DNA from: Camelus dromedarius
Lineage: Eukaryota
Assembly (NCBI RefSeq): GCF_036321535.1
Contig: NC_087436.1
Span: 79,734,001-79,798,000, forward strand
Reading direction: 5' to 3'
Length of the DNA: 64,000 nucleotides
Shown here one piece after another: positions 38,715 to 52,851 of the stretch; the stretch's first letter is position 1, and each line of letters starts with the position of its first letter. The translations under genes and the position numbers were made by a program. A model generated the notes under the pieces. It saw only the letters and a program-made list of their open reading frames with translations, did no database searches and had not been told where the DNA came from.

Positions 38715-41553
38715 GCCTAACATTTCTCTCTTGAAAAACAGGCAGAGAGAAGAGCAATCATATATGTAAGGTCACAGGGCTATGTCAAGACTGTTTTTTA
38801 TACTCTCCTAGGGATCATCATCACAAAACATAGGTAATTATGCATAATGATACTTCATCTTTGAAACTGAATGTTGAAAAGCTTTTGGAAATCAAGATAA
38901 AGAACTTTTTCAGACACATTGTTCAGATCTTCTCTCTTGTGGGTATTTATTGCAAGAAGACAAAGTGTTCAATGTTGGCTCTTGGAATGAAGACTAAAAC
39001 ACTCCACAGGCTTGTCTTTGGATGTTAGGGAAATTTGGGAAACGGTTGTTTGAATAATAAGATCCTGTAGGTTTGTTGATTTCTAGTAAGGCGATTATTT
39101 TGAGATTGCCTCTCTTTTAGAATTTTCTTTGACAGAGTTGGTCAGGAAGAAGAAAAAAAAAATACTGGTAAATATTCAACCATCACTAAAGACTGCTGGG
39201 AAAGTAGCCAAACTGGTGAAGGAACAGTGTTCCCCGCATCTTTTTTACTGCTGGGAGAATCCTAAGTATAAATCATAGAGAAAGGTAAAGCTTTTCTTTA
39301 TCACCATCTGCTGGAGATTTTTGATGATAAATTCTTCCAAATCCTGCACTATCTTCAAGATAATTAGCAGAAATGAGAAATGAAGACGAGAGAGAGAAAA
39401 AATGAAAACACCATGTACATTAATAAGTTCAGCATAGATTTATTACTAAATATTTCTTCATGGTAGGGTCAGTGACTCTTTTCTGTGTTGTATCAAATAC
39501 TGCTGTTTTCCTTCTCATGTTTTTCTAAAACTATAAGTTTTAGATATACTAGAAGAAGAATATAGAGACTACTTCAATGAAAGTTTCCTGCAATAAAGCT
39601 GGTCTGTAATTTCATACTTCATATTTTGTTATAGATTATAGAATGGCACAGATGCATAAGTATGTTTTTTGGACTCAATAAACCTTCTCTCTAATGCTGT
39701 CCATGGATGTCAGGCAATGGAATTATCTCATGTAAATATGCCTTAAAAAGACCTCTTTTCATTACTTTAGAAATTTATTGATCTACCCTCATTGGAAGAC
39801 AATATAAATTATATTTATATTACATTTCACTTAATGGTAAGCAGTGGTTCAATAAATTGAACGGAAAGGAAGTGAAATAGAGGGGCAAATAATATTTGTT
39901 GGGCTCAAAATAATATATATGCTATCTCCTGTAACCCTGAAGGCAATTCTAGGAGTCAGTATTCTTATCCCCACTTTTCAGGTCAGGAACATTCTAATAT
40001 ATTAAACACATCCTATAAGCGAAGGTTATATTTGCTTTATAGTTGACAAAGCACTTCAAAGATATTGAATGTGTATCAGGTTATTACAGGTGTCAAGTTA
40101 CTGATTTGGTAGCCTTTATTAATATACATGCATAAATGCCATATAGATTTAAAGGCCTTCAAAATAATATCATCCAGTGAGGCTCCATAATAGAAAGGAC
40201 CTTATAGGCTGGTTTACTTATAAACAACATGTGGTATGTAATGGATACTCAAAAATATTTGTTTATTGAACTAACTACTTTGTAAAGAGCATATAATAAT
40301 GTTCACCTCAAGGAGAAGAACTGCATGATATAATGCAGCAAAGCACCAGGTCCCATGCAGACACTCCATAAACGCTCATTCCCTTCTCTTCACTGTGGAC
40401 CCCTTTCCTGAACGAGTTCCTGCTGTTCATGTACTTTCATGTACCCATATTTGACATCCGTCAGTGACTGACATTTGCTCTGAGACAAGATCTTCAGTAG
40501 CAATTCTTGCTGCACATGGATCACTTCACTCCAGTCCAGGCATGAAAATATCCACTGAGGTAATCAGTGGCTTCTGAGTCAACTCCAGTTCTAAAGCCTT
40601 CCATATGAAATTAAGTTAGCAAGTATAATTCCAAGTTCAGGACACAAAGCATGAGACATTTGCTTGAATTGTTCAGGAGGCAAAGGACTATTTTGGGGAA
40701 AAAAAAAGTAGGGGGGGTGGGGGAAATGAATGTTAGAGAACCATTTGCCCCTTGGTTTGGTTACTTTTCGTTAATATTCATAGAACTCGCCATCAGTGCT
40801 TTGGGTCTGAGATAGTAAGTCTTTCCAAATGTCCATGACAAATACTGAGTTCAGATATTTCTCTAGAACTCCCATGGAGTTATAAAAACTCATTTTATTT
40901 CATTGAATTTGTCGTGCAGCTCTATCCTGATGAATATATGACACAGAGAGAAACAGAACAATTTACTGCACTTTCCTTTTTTATTTTTAATTTCAAGCCT
41001 AGTTCCCCTATGCATTTGGGATACAGAGGAATCTAAGATTTTCAATATGTACAGTTATGTGCATTTTAACAAACTTTAAACTTCAGAGATTAAAAGCCTT
41101 CCTGCTCTGCAGTATGCTAACTGCTGCATGTATAGTAATGAAGAATTGAGAACAGGGGAGAGAGAAAAGCTCCTGGATGACAATTATGCTTTGGAAAGAG
41201 AATTTAGCTTTCATCAAGTTTACTGATAATCCTGAATCTTCATATGGACATGGGGCTCATTTTCCTAAGATGCCTGCCAGGTACACTTCAGGCTATTAAA
41301 AAAAAAAGCAGGGGCATATATTTTCCCCCTACATTCCCCACCTCCAGTGGAAACCAGTTTAACATGAAACTATCGATATTGACAAACTTGAGGGGATAGG
41401 TTAATGAGGGTTGTTTTTGTATGGAGAAGAAAAATGAAGGAAGAACAGAATTTCTGTATCTTCTTTTTCTGAAAGGGAATTTATCAATGCTTTTTAGTAA
41501 CTGGCAGTATTTTTATTTGGAAGGGATAAATTCCTTTGTAAAATGCAAAGCTG

Positions 41554-41555
<2 letters not shown>

Positions 41556-41593
<38 letters not shown>
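41556..41593. repeat. (AT)19 microsatellite
   Basis: Uninterrupted alternating AT. Confidence 0.97.
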
Positions 41594-41596
<3 letters not shown>

Positions 41597-43064
41597 ATTT
41601 CAGGGAAGGCTAACAATATTATTTTATGTTTATATGATTCCTTATGTTTCTACAACATATTGTTTAATTTTACCCTCATGGTAACCACATGAGGGTATTA
41701 AGGTTATTTTGCAGATGGGAAACCTTTTTCCTAGTAAGAATTTGACTTACTCAAACTTATGGCAGTAACTTAAGTATGACTGGAACCTAGATCTCCTGCC
41801 TTAAAATCTAGTAAAGTTTGCCCTTTGCCCTGGTACTTTCTCAGCAAACAGGATTTCTAAAATGGACCAAACATTTGTTTATCTCTGCATCCCAGTTCTT
41901 TTTGATGAAACACAAAGGAAAGGAGACTTGAGTCCCCAGCTGATTGTGTGGCTTTTATGCCAGGACATTTAAGTTACTTTTTGATCTCAGCAGTTTGTTT
42001 GTGAGTGGAATGAGGAAGAGGAGAAATGGAGAAATAGTCCATTCAGCCAGGCAGCTGTGTTTGTGTTTGTAGCTGTTGATGTGCGCACAGGGCTGCAGGA
42101 AAACCCAGTTCACTGACGGAATAGCTGGTCTCATGGTCACTGGGTATCATAGGTCTTAAGAACATCACAGCCTCCCTTACGGGTGTTTGGGGACTTGCTG
42201 GAGCATGAGAAAAGTTTAGAAGATACAACATAAAAGTCCTACTCAACCCAAGATTTTTCAACCTAAAGCAAATCCTCTACACCCCCTTCTTTTTGTGTTA
42301 GACCTGTTCCTTCCCAACAGACTCAAGTAAGCAGTTCTGTTCTGGTTATATTATATTCTGTAAAAACTTCTGAGGTTTTCATCTTCTGCAAAAATTATAG
42401 ATTTTCTGAATGATAGTAAACACTGGCATGATTTAATCTATTGCTTTGGAATGGATGGTATAATTAAACTAACTCAAGCTCTATTTCTTTGTCTTTACAA
42501 TCTCTGTGCTATTATTGTTTATTTAGAATCTACTGTTTCAAGACAGACATATGTAGTATCACAGGGGTGAACCACACAAATTGTGCCACAGCTAGTTTGA
42601 ACTGACTTATGTAATTGTAGTTCTCTGAATTAACTTCTGTGTAGAATATAACGTTTATCAAAGGATAAGAAATACAAATGTAATTATTTGAAACTTAAAT
42701 ATAATTAAAGCACAACACCATCTGCAGAAAATGTTGTAAACATAGAACAGCAAGAGTTTTCTGGGAAGAGTATTTATTATTGACTAAGGTGGACCATTGG
42801 CACCATCCACCCGTGGTGTGCTGCTGGGAACAGGTCTTTTGTTGAAATGGTGACTGATTTGAGCTCTGGTGTGATAAGTTTAATCTCTAATAGAGCATTC
42901 TGTTACAAGGGTAACAAAAATCTGCACCTTCTATAACGTTCTTGGTCTCTAAGTGAGCTGACCCATCAGCAATTGTTCTTGTTGGGGGTGGAGTAGATGC
43001 GGAGAGAAAACACGGGCTGCCCCTGGGGTCCAGCCCTTTCAGATGGGAGGCAGTGTATTTAGAA

Positions 43065-43305
43065 GTGAGAAATGACTCTGGACCCAATCCGCAGCATTGG
43101 GTTCCCAGGTCTGTCACTGATTCTTGGTACAAATGTGGGCAAATTACTGAGTCTCTCTGTGCAGAGTATCTTCATCTGTGAAGTGAGGATAATAATAGTA
43201 CGTGCCTCACAGAGATTTTTGTAATGATTAAATGATACAGTGCATGTCAAGTGCCTGAACAATGCCTGGCACAAGGAAAACACTCAATAAACAGTAAGCA
43301 ATAGT
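43065..43305 (+). mobile_element. MIR SINE, near full length
   Basis: tgggcaaattactgagtctctctgtg...catctgtgaagtgaggataataatagtac...atgcctggcacaagg...ctcaataaa. Confidence 0.9.
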
Positions 43306-45188
43306 TGCCCTTCTTTGTCTAATGGTCGTTAAGGGTATGATAGAAGTGTGTTAATCAACAAAGACAATTATTTCATGGGTTTAAGCAAATGCTATAAAAT
43401 ATTTATTTCAGAGACTGATCTTCCAGTTTAAGTGAATGTTGGGTTTATCCCATTAGCAGTATTTTTAAAAAGAGCTACATCATCTACATGTCATTCTAAC
43501 TCTGGATGCACAAGGGACTGGATTGGGCCTGAATTCACATGATAGGTACCTTTAATTGCATAGTAACTCAAATTCCCAAGAAAATCCATGGAAGCAACCC
43601 AATTATAAGGGATGATTGACTCTGAGGGGAGCTGGTCCCCTTTAATAGCCTTTAATTATTCTTTGCCATCGCTCAAGTTTAGTTGAACAGATTTGCATTA
43701 TGGAAAATATTTGATTTCCCTGAACTTGCTGCCTAGCAATTCATCTTTACAACTAGTATTCTAATTATTTTCATCCTCTCATGTTCCTGTTACCACACCT
43801 CTCTGTCCACAATGAAGTTAACTAATAGGGTTATCAGATTGAAACTTTATTTTAAAGCAGTTCCTTCTGTTCTAGCTTCCCAACTCTAGCTCAGCTTTTA
43901 ACACCTTCCAGAATCTGGTTTCACTTCCACTTTAACCTTATTTTTCTTAACTTACTCATTAAGACAGTCTCTTCACTGTACCAGCTCATTCTCTCTGCAG
44001 AGCTTTTCTTTCCCTTTATCTCTAATATCTTTTCTCCTTAGTACAGGGGAATATTGTCTCCAACTGTTCCAGCATAACATAAAGAAGCAGACTCAGAGAG
44101 TGAAAGGACTAGTCTGAGTTGACATGTTTAGCTTGCTGCACGGCAGAGCTGATCCTAGAATTCTGATTTCTAGTCTAGTGACTTCATTCCTACAGGCTAT
44201 TGCATTTCGGTTTCAGAATGCAGATGGACTTCCCTTCCTTCGTGGGCTTATGTAACTAGGACCTGCTTTTCACTTACCTCCCAATAGACAAGAGACCCTA
44301 AAAACTCTTGGAATCAATGATGTTGAAGCTGGTGTGCATGTGTGTCTGTGTGTATATGCTGGGGAGGCGGAGTGGAGAATAAAACTGAGGGACAGGGTGA
44401 TAATGAACTGACAGAGTACTTTTGTTTTGAACAAGTATTTGAAGATACAACATTTCAGTGAGTTTCTTTCTTTTGACCTGGTTTCTTCTGTCCACAGACT
44501 TGCACACCACACCAGGATCCCTTTCGTCACTTTTGGCCACTGGCCACACAGTTTGGAATGGTGATTTTATTGCTTCTGACTGGCATTTAAAAAACGGGCT
44601 TTGCCCTTCTCTCACCTATTTTCACTGAACAAAGGCAAGAATGGGATGCTGATATGTTCTAACTTTCTTTTTAAGTCCAAAATTAAATGTTAGTCTCCCA
44701 GATTTCATAGTAAGAGGCAACACAAAATGTAAATAAAGATATTTCAATGGAACTTTGATAGGCATAGTATTTAGATATTGTTCACACATAGGATGTGGTT
44801 ATTTTTAAATAACTTGTGTCAGCCTGGTTGAGTCTAAAGAATTTATATTATTTAAGTACTCAATATTAGTTAAAGGTATGATTAAATATTTAAATAGTGA
44901 AACATGACTATCAAGATTTCTGACTATTTAGACCAAGAGAGTCTTAGGACACATGTATGTAAGGAAAGATTCTTCAGGAAATTGGAGTAAAGCAAGTCCT
45001 ATTTTCATGTAAACTTAAAAAAAATACTGGGAAATTAAGATACATTTTAAACTTTGAACATGTGTGTTTATTTCATAGGTTGAAACAAATGCATACATAA
45101 TTAAAGAAAAAGCTCAAAAGGACAGCTGATTTCTGCCACTGCCAGGCTCCAGATCTAGAATTTCTAAAGACAGAAGTTTGGGTCTATG

Positions 45189-45786
45189 CATGGAGACAGC
45201 CTAAATGTCCATCAACAGATGACTGGATAAAGAAGATGTGGTATATTTATACAATGGAATATTACTCAGCCATAAAAACTGACAACATAACGCCATTTAC
45301 AGTAACATGGATGCTCTAGAGAATGTCATTCTAAGTGAAGTAAGCCAGAAAGAGAAAGAAAAATACCATATGAGATCACTCATATGTAGAATCTAAAAAA
45401 ACCCAAAAACAAACAAACAAAGCATAAATACAAAACAGAAACAGACTCATAGACACAGAATACAAACTTGTGGTTGCCAAGGAGGCGGAGGATGGAAAGA
45501 GACAGACGGGATTTCAAAATTGTAGAATGGATAAACAAGATCATACTGTATAGCACAGGGAAGTGTACACAGGATCTTATGGTAGCTTACAGAGAAAAAA
45601 ATGTGACAATGAATATATATATATTCATGTATAACTGAAAAACTGTGCTGTACATTGGAATTTGACACAACACTGTAAAATGATTATAAAACAATAAAAA
45701 ATGTTAAAAAAAAAGAGACAGAGGAAGAATTTAGGAGAATGGAATTATCCCATAAAGACTCACTATTTATGAATACAAAAAAAAAA
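45189..45786 (+). mobile_element. 5'-truncated lineage-specific L1 with 3' transduction
   Basis: L1 ORF2 end and 3' UTR (cctaaatgtccatcaacagatgactggataaagaag...), A-tail 45706-45714, extra 62 nt, second A-tail. TSD aagtttgggtctatg at 45174-45188 and 45787-45801. Confidence 0.93.
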
Positions 45787-45894
45787 AAGTTTGGGTCTAT
45801 GATTTGGCTCACCTCATATTAGTTTGGCAAAGTGTAGGAAAAATTGGGATGATGTAGATTCTTTTTGCCTCACACACATTTGTTTCCCTCTGGC

Positions 45895-46300
45895 TATTAT
45901 TGAATCAATCTAACTTCAGAAGCACTGACTGAGTGCCTAGTAGGTATCAGATTCTGTGCTGGGTGCTCTGGGTGATCCCAAATTAAATAAGATGCACTTA
46001 AAACTGGTGGGCAAGCCAGGCCCAGGAAAAATAACATAATATTGTTTTTATACTAGGGCTATGAATGGAGTAAGCAAGTCTCTCTTGACAGAGGAGAGCT
46101 TCACAGAGAAGTAGACGTTGCAAGTGGTGGAGTAGGGAAAGTCATTCCAGGCTGGGGGCCAGCAGGGGCCGTGATACATCTCGGAAGGCCAAGAGTCCAG
46201 GTGGGATGTGAAAGAGATGAGGCTGGAAGGTAAGGGCAAGGCAGGTTACTAAAGGCCTTACCGGCATTTTAAAGGGGTTGGACTCTCTTCCGTGAGCAAT
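45895..46300 (-). mobile_element. L2 LINE 3' fragment
   Basis: gactgagtgcctagtaggtatcagattctgtgctgggtgct...gagatgaggctggaaggtaagggcaaggcagg. Confidence 0.75.
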
Positions 46301-48114
46301 GGAGGAACAACAACACTAGCAGAAGCGTATGGAACACATGGAAGGAATGCTGATGGTGTTGCTTTCTGAGGACCCTTGGTCTTCTGGAAGTAAACAGCAA
46401 AATTTCTGCTGAGCCTGAGGGTTCGGCATTGAGCTTGTGATCCTGAGGACAGCGTGGGTAAGTGCTGAGTAGTCACTGTAGGGGAATTAGAAAGGGAGCC
46501 AACCAGTGATGAGCAGGAGGATAGGCGACTCACATCCGGCTAAGGATGAACCATCTCAAACTTGTCATCTGGCTGATGAGCACAGTCACACGGACCTTCT
46601 GTGGCAACGTTCAGCAGTCAAGGTGAAGACAGTGGGGTTGTTATTACTGATTATTGAGCATTTCACAGACAGCTGTTTTTCGATGTCCCCCTCAGTCCAC
46701 AAAATGCCTGTAGTCCCTCATCTTTCATCGAGATCTATGATGAAGGCCAAAAATGTGCTGGGTGTGTCCTGAGGGGTGGGGGTAGAAATATTTTACCAAG
46801 AGCAGACATTCCGCCTTTTTGACAAGAGACAAATGTTTCATTCAAATGCTGCATTTCGCATATTGGAAACTGTGATGAATTCTTGTGCACCTCTCTGCCT
46901 AGTTCACAATGTCAGGCCCAGGCATTGAAACACCTCAGGCTTTCCTCGCAAAATTAAATTTAATGTTACACCCTCCAGTAGAATGGTGCATAAATCAAGC
47001 ATTTGATTTGCATGGACTATAGCAAGCAGCTCCCTTCTGGACAAATATAAACCCAACTCTGAATATTATGTCAGGGACAGGAACAAAGCAATCTAAGACT
47101 TCCAATAAAAGTCTGGTACCAAGTGTAATTCATGTTGGTATTACACTGCTCTGTGTCAAGCCTGTTATTAAAACTCTTGTTTTAACCTCCTTTTTTCATT
47201 TCAAAAGAAAATGTTTTTCTTGACCTTCCTGTATTCAGAAAACCAGTGCACAGTCAAACCAGTACTATTTATAAACTGGTGTCTACTAGCGACAACCATG
47301 GGCATATTTATTTTCTTTCTCCATCTACCCCCACCCAACATAGAGTACAGGAAAGGGGTACATATGAGTAATCAGATGGAAAGAAACAAAACAAAGGGCA
47401 TGGAATAAAATACACCATGGGAGATGAGGAAACATGGATATTCACTAATGCTCTACCTCTGGTCACAGTCCCAAGAAAATGCTAAGAAAAATCTCAGAGC
47501 AGACAAGTTTAAAAAATGGCTCAACAGATAAAGTTAATGTACATTTGGATGCAGAACATGCATTCAGTTCAGGAAAAGTGAGCCTAAATATGCATCACTG
47601 GGTCTTGTTTCTGGCTGCCAGCATATGCTGAGTTATACATTTTCCTCACTCATCTTTTCACCATCACAGGGTCTGCACTATTTTTTCACTAAAAGTAAAA
47701 TCAGTGTGATCTGAAATTGAGTGAGGCCCTAAGAAGCATTGTTACAAATGCAAAATGAGTCCCCTGAAGTCCCCAAAGAACATAAACAGATTACAAACTT
47801 GCACAAACTCTACTCTACATCAAGGCCCGTCGTATTTATTCTGGAATGCTACAGAGGTACTACAGACAGGGCCTGCTTCCGAAGCCAAGTGCATTTCCAA
47901 GAAGGCACAGCTGTCTGGAACGCATAACCAGGTGAAGATGTGAGCTTGAGAGCTATACTGATGATTTGGTATCTGCATTGTGATTCCTCCCAGCTGTCCA
48001 TGAACAGCTGTTAGAATCTGGAATGCTTCAAGCTCTGAATAGGTGAAAGCAGGTGTCTGAAAAAGTAAATTTATGATGCTTTAAAGATAGTAAATTAGGA
48101 ACCATCCACTCATT

Positions 48115-48880
48115 TTTGAATGGAATACATCAATAAATATTTATTAAATGGATACAATATGCCAGTCACTGAGATAGGTACTAAGAGGGATGTAGAAATG
48201 AATTAAATCTAGATTCTACTTTCAAGGAATTTAGGTAATATAAATAAAGATAAATAAATAAATAGATACACACACACACACACACACACACAGGCATATG
48301 AGATACAGAGAACCACCATACAAGGTAGAGTGTCATAAGACACATAGATCCAGTTCTCTGTAGCATGAGGACACATTACATCCAATTGGAGGACATTAGG
48401 GAAGGAAGAGCCGGCAGGATTTGGTGATGCAAAATAAATTTGGGCAGGAAAGGGAAATCCATTGTAGGTGGAGAAGGGCATGGCCAAACACGTGGAAAGG
48501 GGAAATCCCGTGTAGACACTGTGTAGTGATGAATAGCGATTAATTCCACAAAAGGGACAGAAGATTGAAAGGTAGATGGGATGGGGGATGGCCGCTGAAC
48601 ACTGGACTAAGCAGTTCAGACTTTTAAAATTAAGCAATATGGAGCCATTAAAGATTTTTGAGCAAGGAAATGACATAATCTAATTTATACTTTAAGAAGA
48701 TTAATGTGATCATAGCATATAAAATAGATTAAAGAGCTGGAAGACTGGTATTAAGGAGGCTGCTGAGCCCTGGAGAGCAGTAACGAAGGCCTAAACCAGG
48801 GGAGTGGCAGTAGGAATAGACAAGGAGGGACAGAGCATCATACACATAGAATCCACAAGACAACCACAGGTTGGTGAGCA
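48115..48880 (-). mobile_element. L2 LINE 3' portion with a (CA)n at ~48268-48291
   Basis: aaatatttattaaatggatacaatatgccagtcactg...ggagccattaaagatttttgagcaaggaaatgacataatc. Confidence 0.8.
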
Positions 48881-48892
48881 ACAGGAGAGGGT

Positions 48893-49385
48893 TGATGGGC
48901 TTCAGGACAAGCTGTCCCACACTATGGCACCTTTGCATATTGCATATTTAAGCTGAAGGAGTTTGAAAAATGGCAAAAGGAGGAAGGTCACCTACCCCCT
49001 ACCCTACCTTTCTCCCCTGACACAGGCCATAAAACCCTCATATGAGAGGGGCCCTCCCTGTATCTGGAGCATCCTTATCTCTGAAGGCAAAGGGACATCA
49101 AGAACGATCCTAACAAATAAGCTTTGCTTAGTTTCCCCAAATTGCTACAATTACTTTGTACTCTGTGACCTTGCATATTCCTCCAAACTGTCCACTCTTC
49201 CTCAAACCTAGCATGAAATACTCAGTTCTGTTTCTTTGGGTCCTTATTTCCTCTTGAAGTCTCCCTTGTCATATAAAACTTATATTAAATAAATCTGTAT
49301 GATTTTGTCCTGTTAATCTTTCTTCGTCAATTTTACTTTGCAGACCCAGCCAGGGACCCTACGAGGGTCAAGGAAAACTTTCTGC
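48893..49385 (+). mobile_element. MER39/MER34-like ERV1 solo LTR
   Basis: tatggcacctttgcatattgcatatttaagctgaaggagtttgaaaaatggc...ttaaataaatctgtatg...cctgttaatct...ccagccagggaccct. Confidence 0.82.
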
Positions 49386-51619
49386 GGTTTTGATAGGGTG
49401 AACAGAAAAATCTTAGATGTTAACAATAAAAGCTCAAAACCTTTACATCATTTTTTCCTGTATCTGGAAAAGCTGGATGCTTTCATAGAACAGAATGGTT
49501 GGTTGCTCAAAACATAATTTACAGGCACCTGCTCTTGTAGTCTCCCCATTTCACACAGTCATTTGGATAATGTTGAGGGACTTATTCTGAGCTGGAAGAA
49601 AGAGGAGAAATGAAATGTTTCTAAATGGTTGTTGTGGTTATAAAATCAACATAAAAGTTGTTGGCATTTATCATGCTGATTATTCCTCTAATATTTTTAG
49701 AAGCCGTCACAGAGAGCCAGAGTGTAGCGTGTCCCACATAGAACAAGTGGATAATTGCAGGTACACTGACCTCGTTGATCACAACTTAAAGATTCGTATT
49801 GGAATAGAACAGCATCTAGTCCAATCCAAGTTTATTTTGAAAGTACAGTCAGTCCACTTCATGGATCAGGTGTTTTCTAATTGACTGAAACCCCAGGCAG
49901 GCTGATCTCCAAGCCAGCCTGTCAATACTCATACAGAGGAAGCCAGTGCCGCCCCCGACGCCATCTCTCAGGCCCAGTGATTAACTGTGCATCGGTCATT
50001 TAGCATAATAAATGCAATGTCCCAGTGATGGAGTGTTGCCACGGGCCTCCTGCTGTGGAAATAAATGCCCTCCCACCTTGGCATGCTCAGAGCAGACACA
50101 AAGAATTTGCTTTAAAAGTATTAAGGAGCAACAAGTACCCTTTTAGTTTTGAAACAGAGTCTTGATGTAGTTAATCCTACCTGTCAGACGGTGTGGAATG
50201 TGCTGCCTATTATCTCTGCCTCTGAATATGAAATACACTATTTTAGTGGGAAACAGAAAATGATTCTTCGGTGATCACCATGAGCCCGTTTGCTAACATT
50301 TGACTTGTACCAGCTTTTAGAGAGTGTTGCTTCCAGTTTGGGAGAAATCGGATAAAGCCTAGAAATTGTGACTATGGAGGGACTGAGGACTCCATTTTGA
50401 AAATTTCTTCTCTGCTCTGAGAATCAGAGAAGGAAACGTAGGTGCTGCAATTGTAGTCTATTTATCACTAAACAAGTGCTAAAAGGCCCTTGTTCTCTCT
50501 GAAGATTCCTCAGCCTATTAAGGGAATGAGCTATATTTAATTTGTCTGTCAAGTTTCTGATTTTATGAATTTATTAACCCGATAAAACAGCTAGTATAAT
50601 CCGGCTATTACTTCTACTTGATGCCTCTCCCTAGATTGTTTGATCTCGGTTACTGCTACTGTAAAAGAGACAGGGTTTTATATAAAATGAAGCAACTGTT
50701 TGATCAAATTAGATGATATCATGTGGGGGAGGGTACATTGAAATCAGCATCCTCACATCTCGTCTGGCCATCCCCAGAAATCTGCCTTTGACCTGCAATA
50801 AACAGTTGCAGTTCTTAAGCTATTTAAGCCTGATTAAGGCATTTGTTATGCATTTGACAGTACACAATAATGTATGGTGTCAATTCTCAACTGTCATCAT
50901 CATGATTAAAAAGGCTAGAAGACAGTGACCCCTGTGTGGAGCAAGTTGTAATAAATAATAAGGATGCCAAGAACCTCTGATACAATCACAGAATTCAGCA
51001 AAACGAATAAAAATCCTAGCAGGATTTTTAACCACAAAAGTTACTAAGCAAATGATGCTGGATTTTCTGATTAACAGACATTGCTTCCTGTTGTCCAGCT
51101 ATATAATATCCTCACTTGTTAGGGGATCTTGTTATGAATACAAATGAGAAGAATGCAATTTACTTCAGAGAAGCGCCCCCCGCATGACCTCCTTGTTAAA
51201 GTTTGGCTTATTGGAAGTTTTTTAATTTGGAAAATAATTTAAGTTAAGGGAGGCAGTGCAATCAAAATTCCAGCTAACAGAAGACTTCAGCATGAGAGTA
51301 AATGGCTAAACCAGTAGTGCAGCTGGGTTACAAAATCTTATGGGCATTTTTTTTTTAACAGGTCTGACAAGTGTTCATTGGCTCTTTCCTTGTCAGTCCT
51401 AAGGAGCCAAGTGACAGCAGTGAAAGTCAGCCTCTCATCTTGAGAGCCTCAGAAAGCGTCAGTGTGATGTTAAACGTCCAGTCCGGCAGACTTAGTCCCT
51501 GAATTGTCTGAGAAATTCTCCCTATGCTGAAGCCCACTTTTAAACAATGATGAATCTAATAACAGCAGCAGCAACAAGAAGAAGGACCACGGCTACGGTT
51601 AAAACAACGTCAATCACAA

Positions 51620-51845
51620 CTTTTATTAAGGACCTTCCGTGACCCAAGCACTGTGTTATATACACTTTGCATGGACGATCTCTTTACTCCTAACATCAAC
51701 AACAGAGGTTGGTACTGTTATTACCTCTGTATTAGAAAAGAGGAAGAAGGTTAAGTCACATGCACTGGCTAATAAGCGATGGATTTGGGCTTCAAACTTA
51801 GGCAGTCTGACTTTCATTCTGTTCTCCCATCCATTATGCTGTAAA
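51620..51845 (-). mobile_element. MIR SINE
   Basis: ttattaaggacc...caagcactgtg...gaggttggtactgttattacc...caaacttaggcagtctgact. Confidence 0.75.
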
Positions 51846-51972
51846 CCCTCCCTAAGTGTAAATCATATAGACAGATTTTAAAAATCGAATCTTATTTTAA
51901 TCATGGAAGAGGATTTTTTTTACCTAAGAAATTCTTAAAGTTATTCTCTTTATAAAATGATTATCATCTATT

Positions 51973-52851
51973 TGATACTGAGCAGGACCCTGTACCCATC
52001 CCAACCCTTGCCTCTTGTTTATGGAAGAGCTTAAGTCTCCCAGGCCTCCATGGGTCACAGAAGAGCTGGCTCAAGCAGTTGATTAGGACAAACCTGCAGG
52101 CGTTAGGGGAGGGCAATTAATCTGACCACCTATCTCAACAATTAACTGAGATTATCCCTGCTCCCCCCAATTTCCCTTTAAAACTTTCATGGCTGAACAG
52201 AATCTTTGGACATTTTTATTTAGGGGAGATGCTGGGTTCACCAGATTGCAAGCATTCTGATTAAAAGCAACTTGCCTTTTTGTTACCAAGGCTGTTGCCC
52301 CCAGGATCATATCTCTACCCCTCCCTCAAACAGAAATCAATTACTCTTATCTAAGTCTCAGGAGGCAGCTGCAGAGAAGAAATAAGAACTGGTTAGAACC
52401 AATGGCACCCAGGATGGTGGAGGATTTGACTTCCAGTCGACCTCGAACCTCATTGTACGCTCATTGTAATGTATGTGCATGCTAAACGACACACCCACCA
52501 GGGCCTTGACAGTTGATGATTTTCATGACAACAACCAGAAAAGCCCATACGAGGACTGAGAAGCCCATATGAGGAATGATTGGCTCCAGCACACTGGGAA
52601 GGAGGACATGATGGTGGAAGCCTCCCATAAAAGTCCACATGGCCCCAGCTGCAGACAGAGTTGTCTCTATCGCCATCTTGGTTGACGGCTACCCTGCCCC
52701 ACCAACTAATTCTTTGCATTTACCCTTCTGAGCAATAAAACGGCTGTTCAGTTCTTCCTCTGTCTCTGCTGTGTGAATTCTTTCACAGCTGGAGGCAAGG
52801 ACCCACACTTCGGTGGGCTTCCTAATATAGGGGACTCACTATCTGCTAACA
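51973..52851 (+). mobile_element. Composite ERV1 LTR (two LTR modules; the second is MER41-like, from 52281)
   Basis: TG...CA ends with tatt on both sides (51969-51972, 52852-52855); two polyA-signal regions; ctcattgtacgctcattgtaatgtatgtgcatgctaaacgacacacccacca resembles MER41. Confidence 0.8.

Noticed and set aside
48209..48676. 155-aa ORF
   Set aside because: Lies in an L2 remnant and runs through a (CA)n microsatellite.
49946..49962. GC-rich motif suggesting a CTCF site
   Set aside because: Poor match to the 5' half of the CTCF core.
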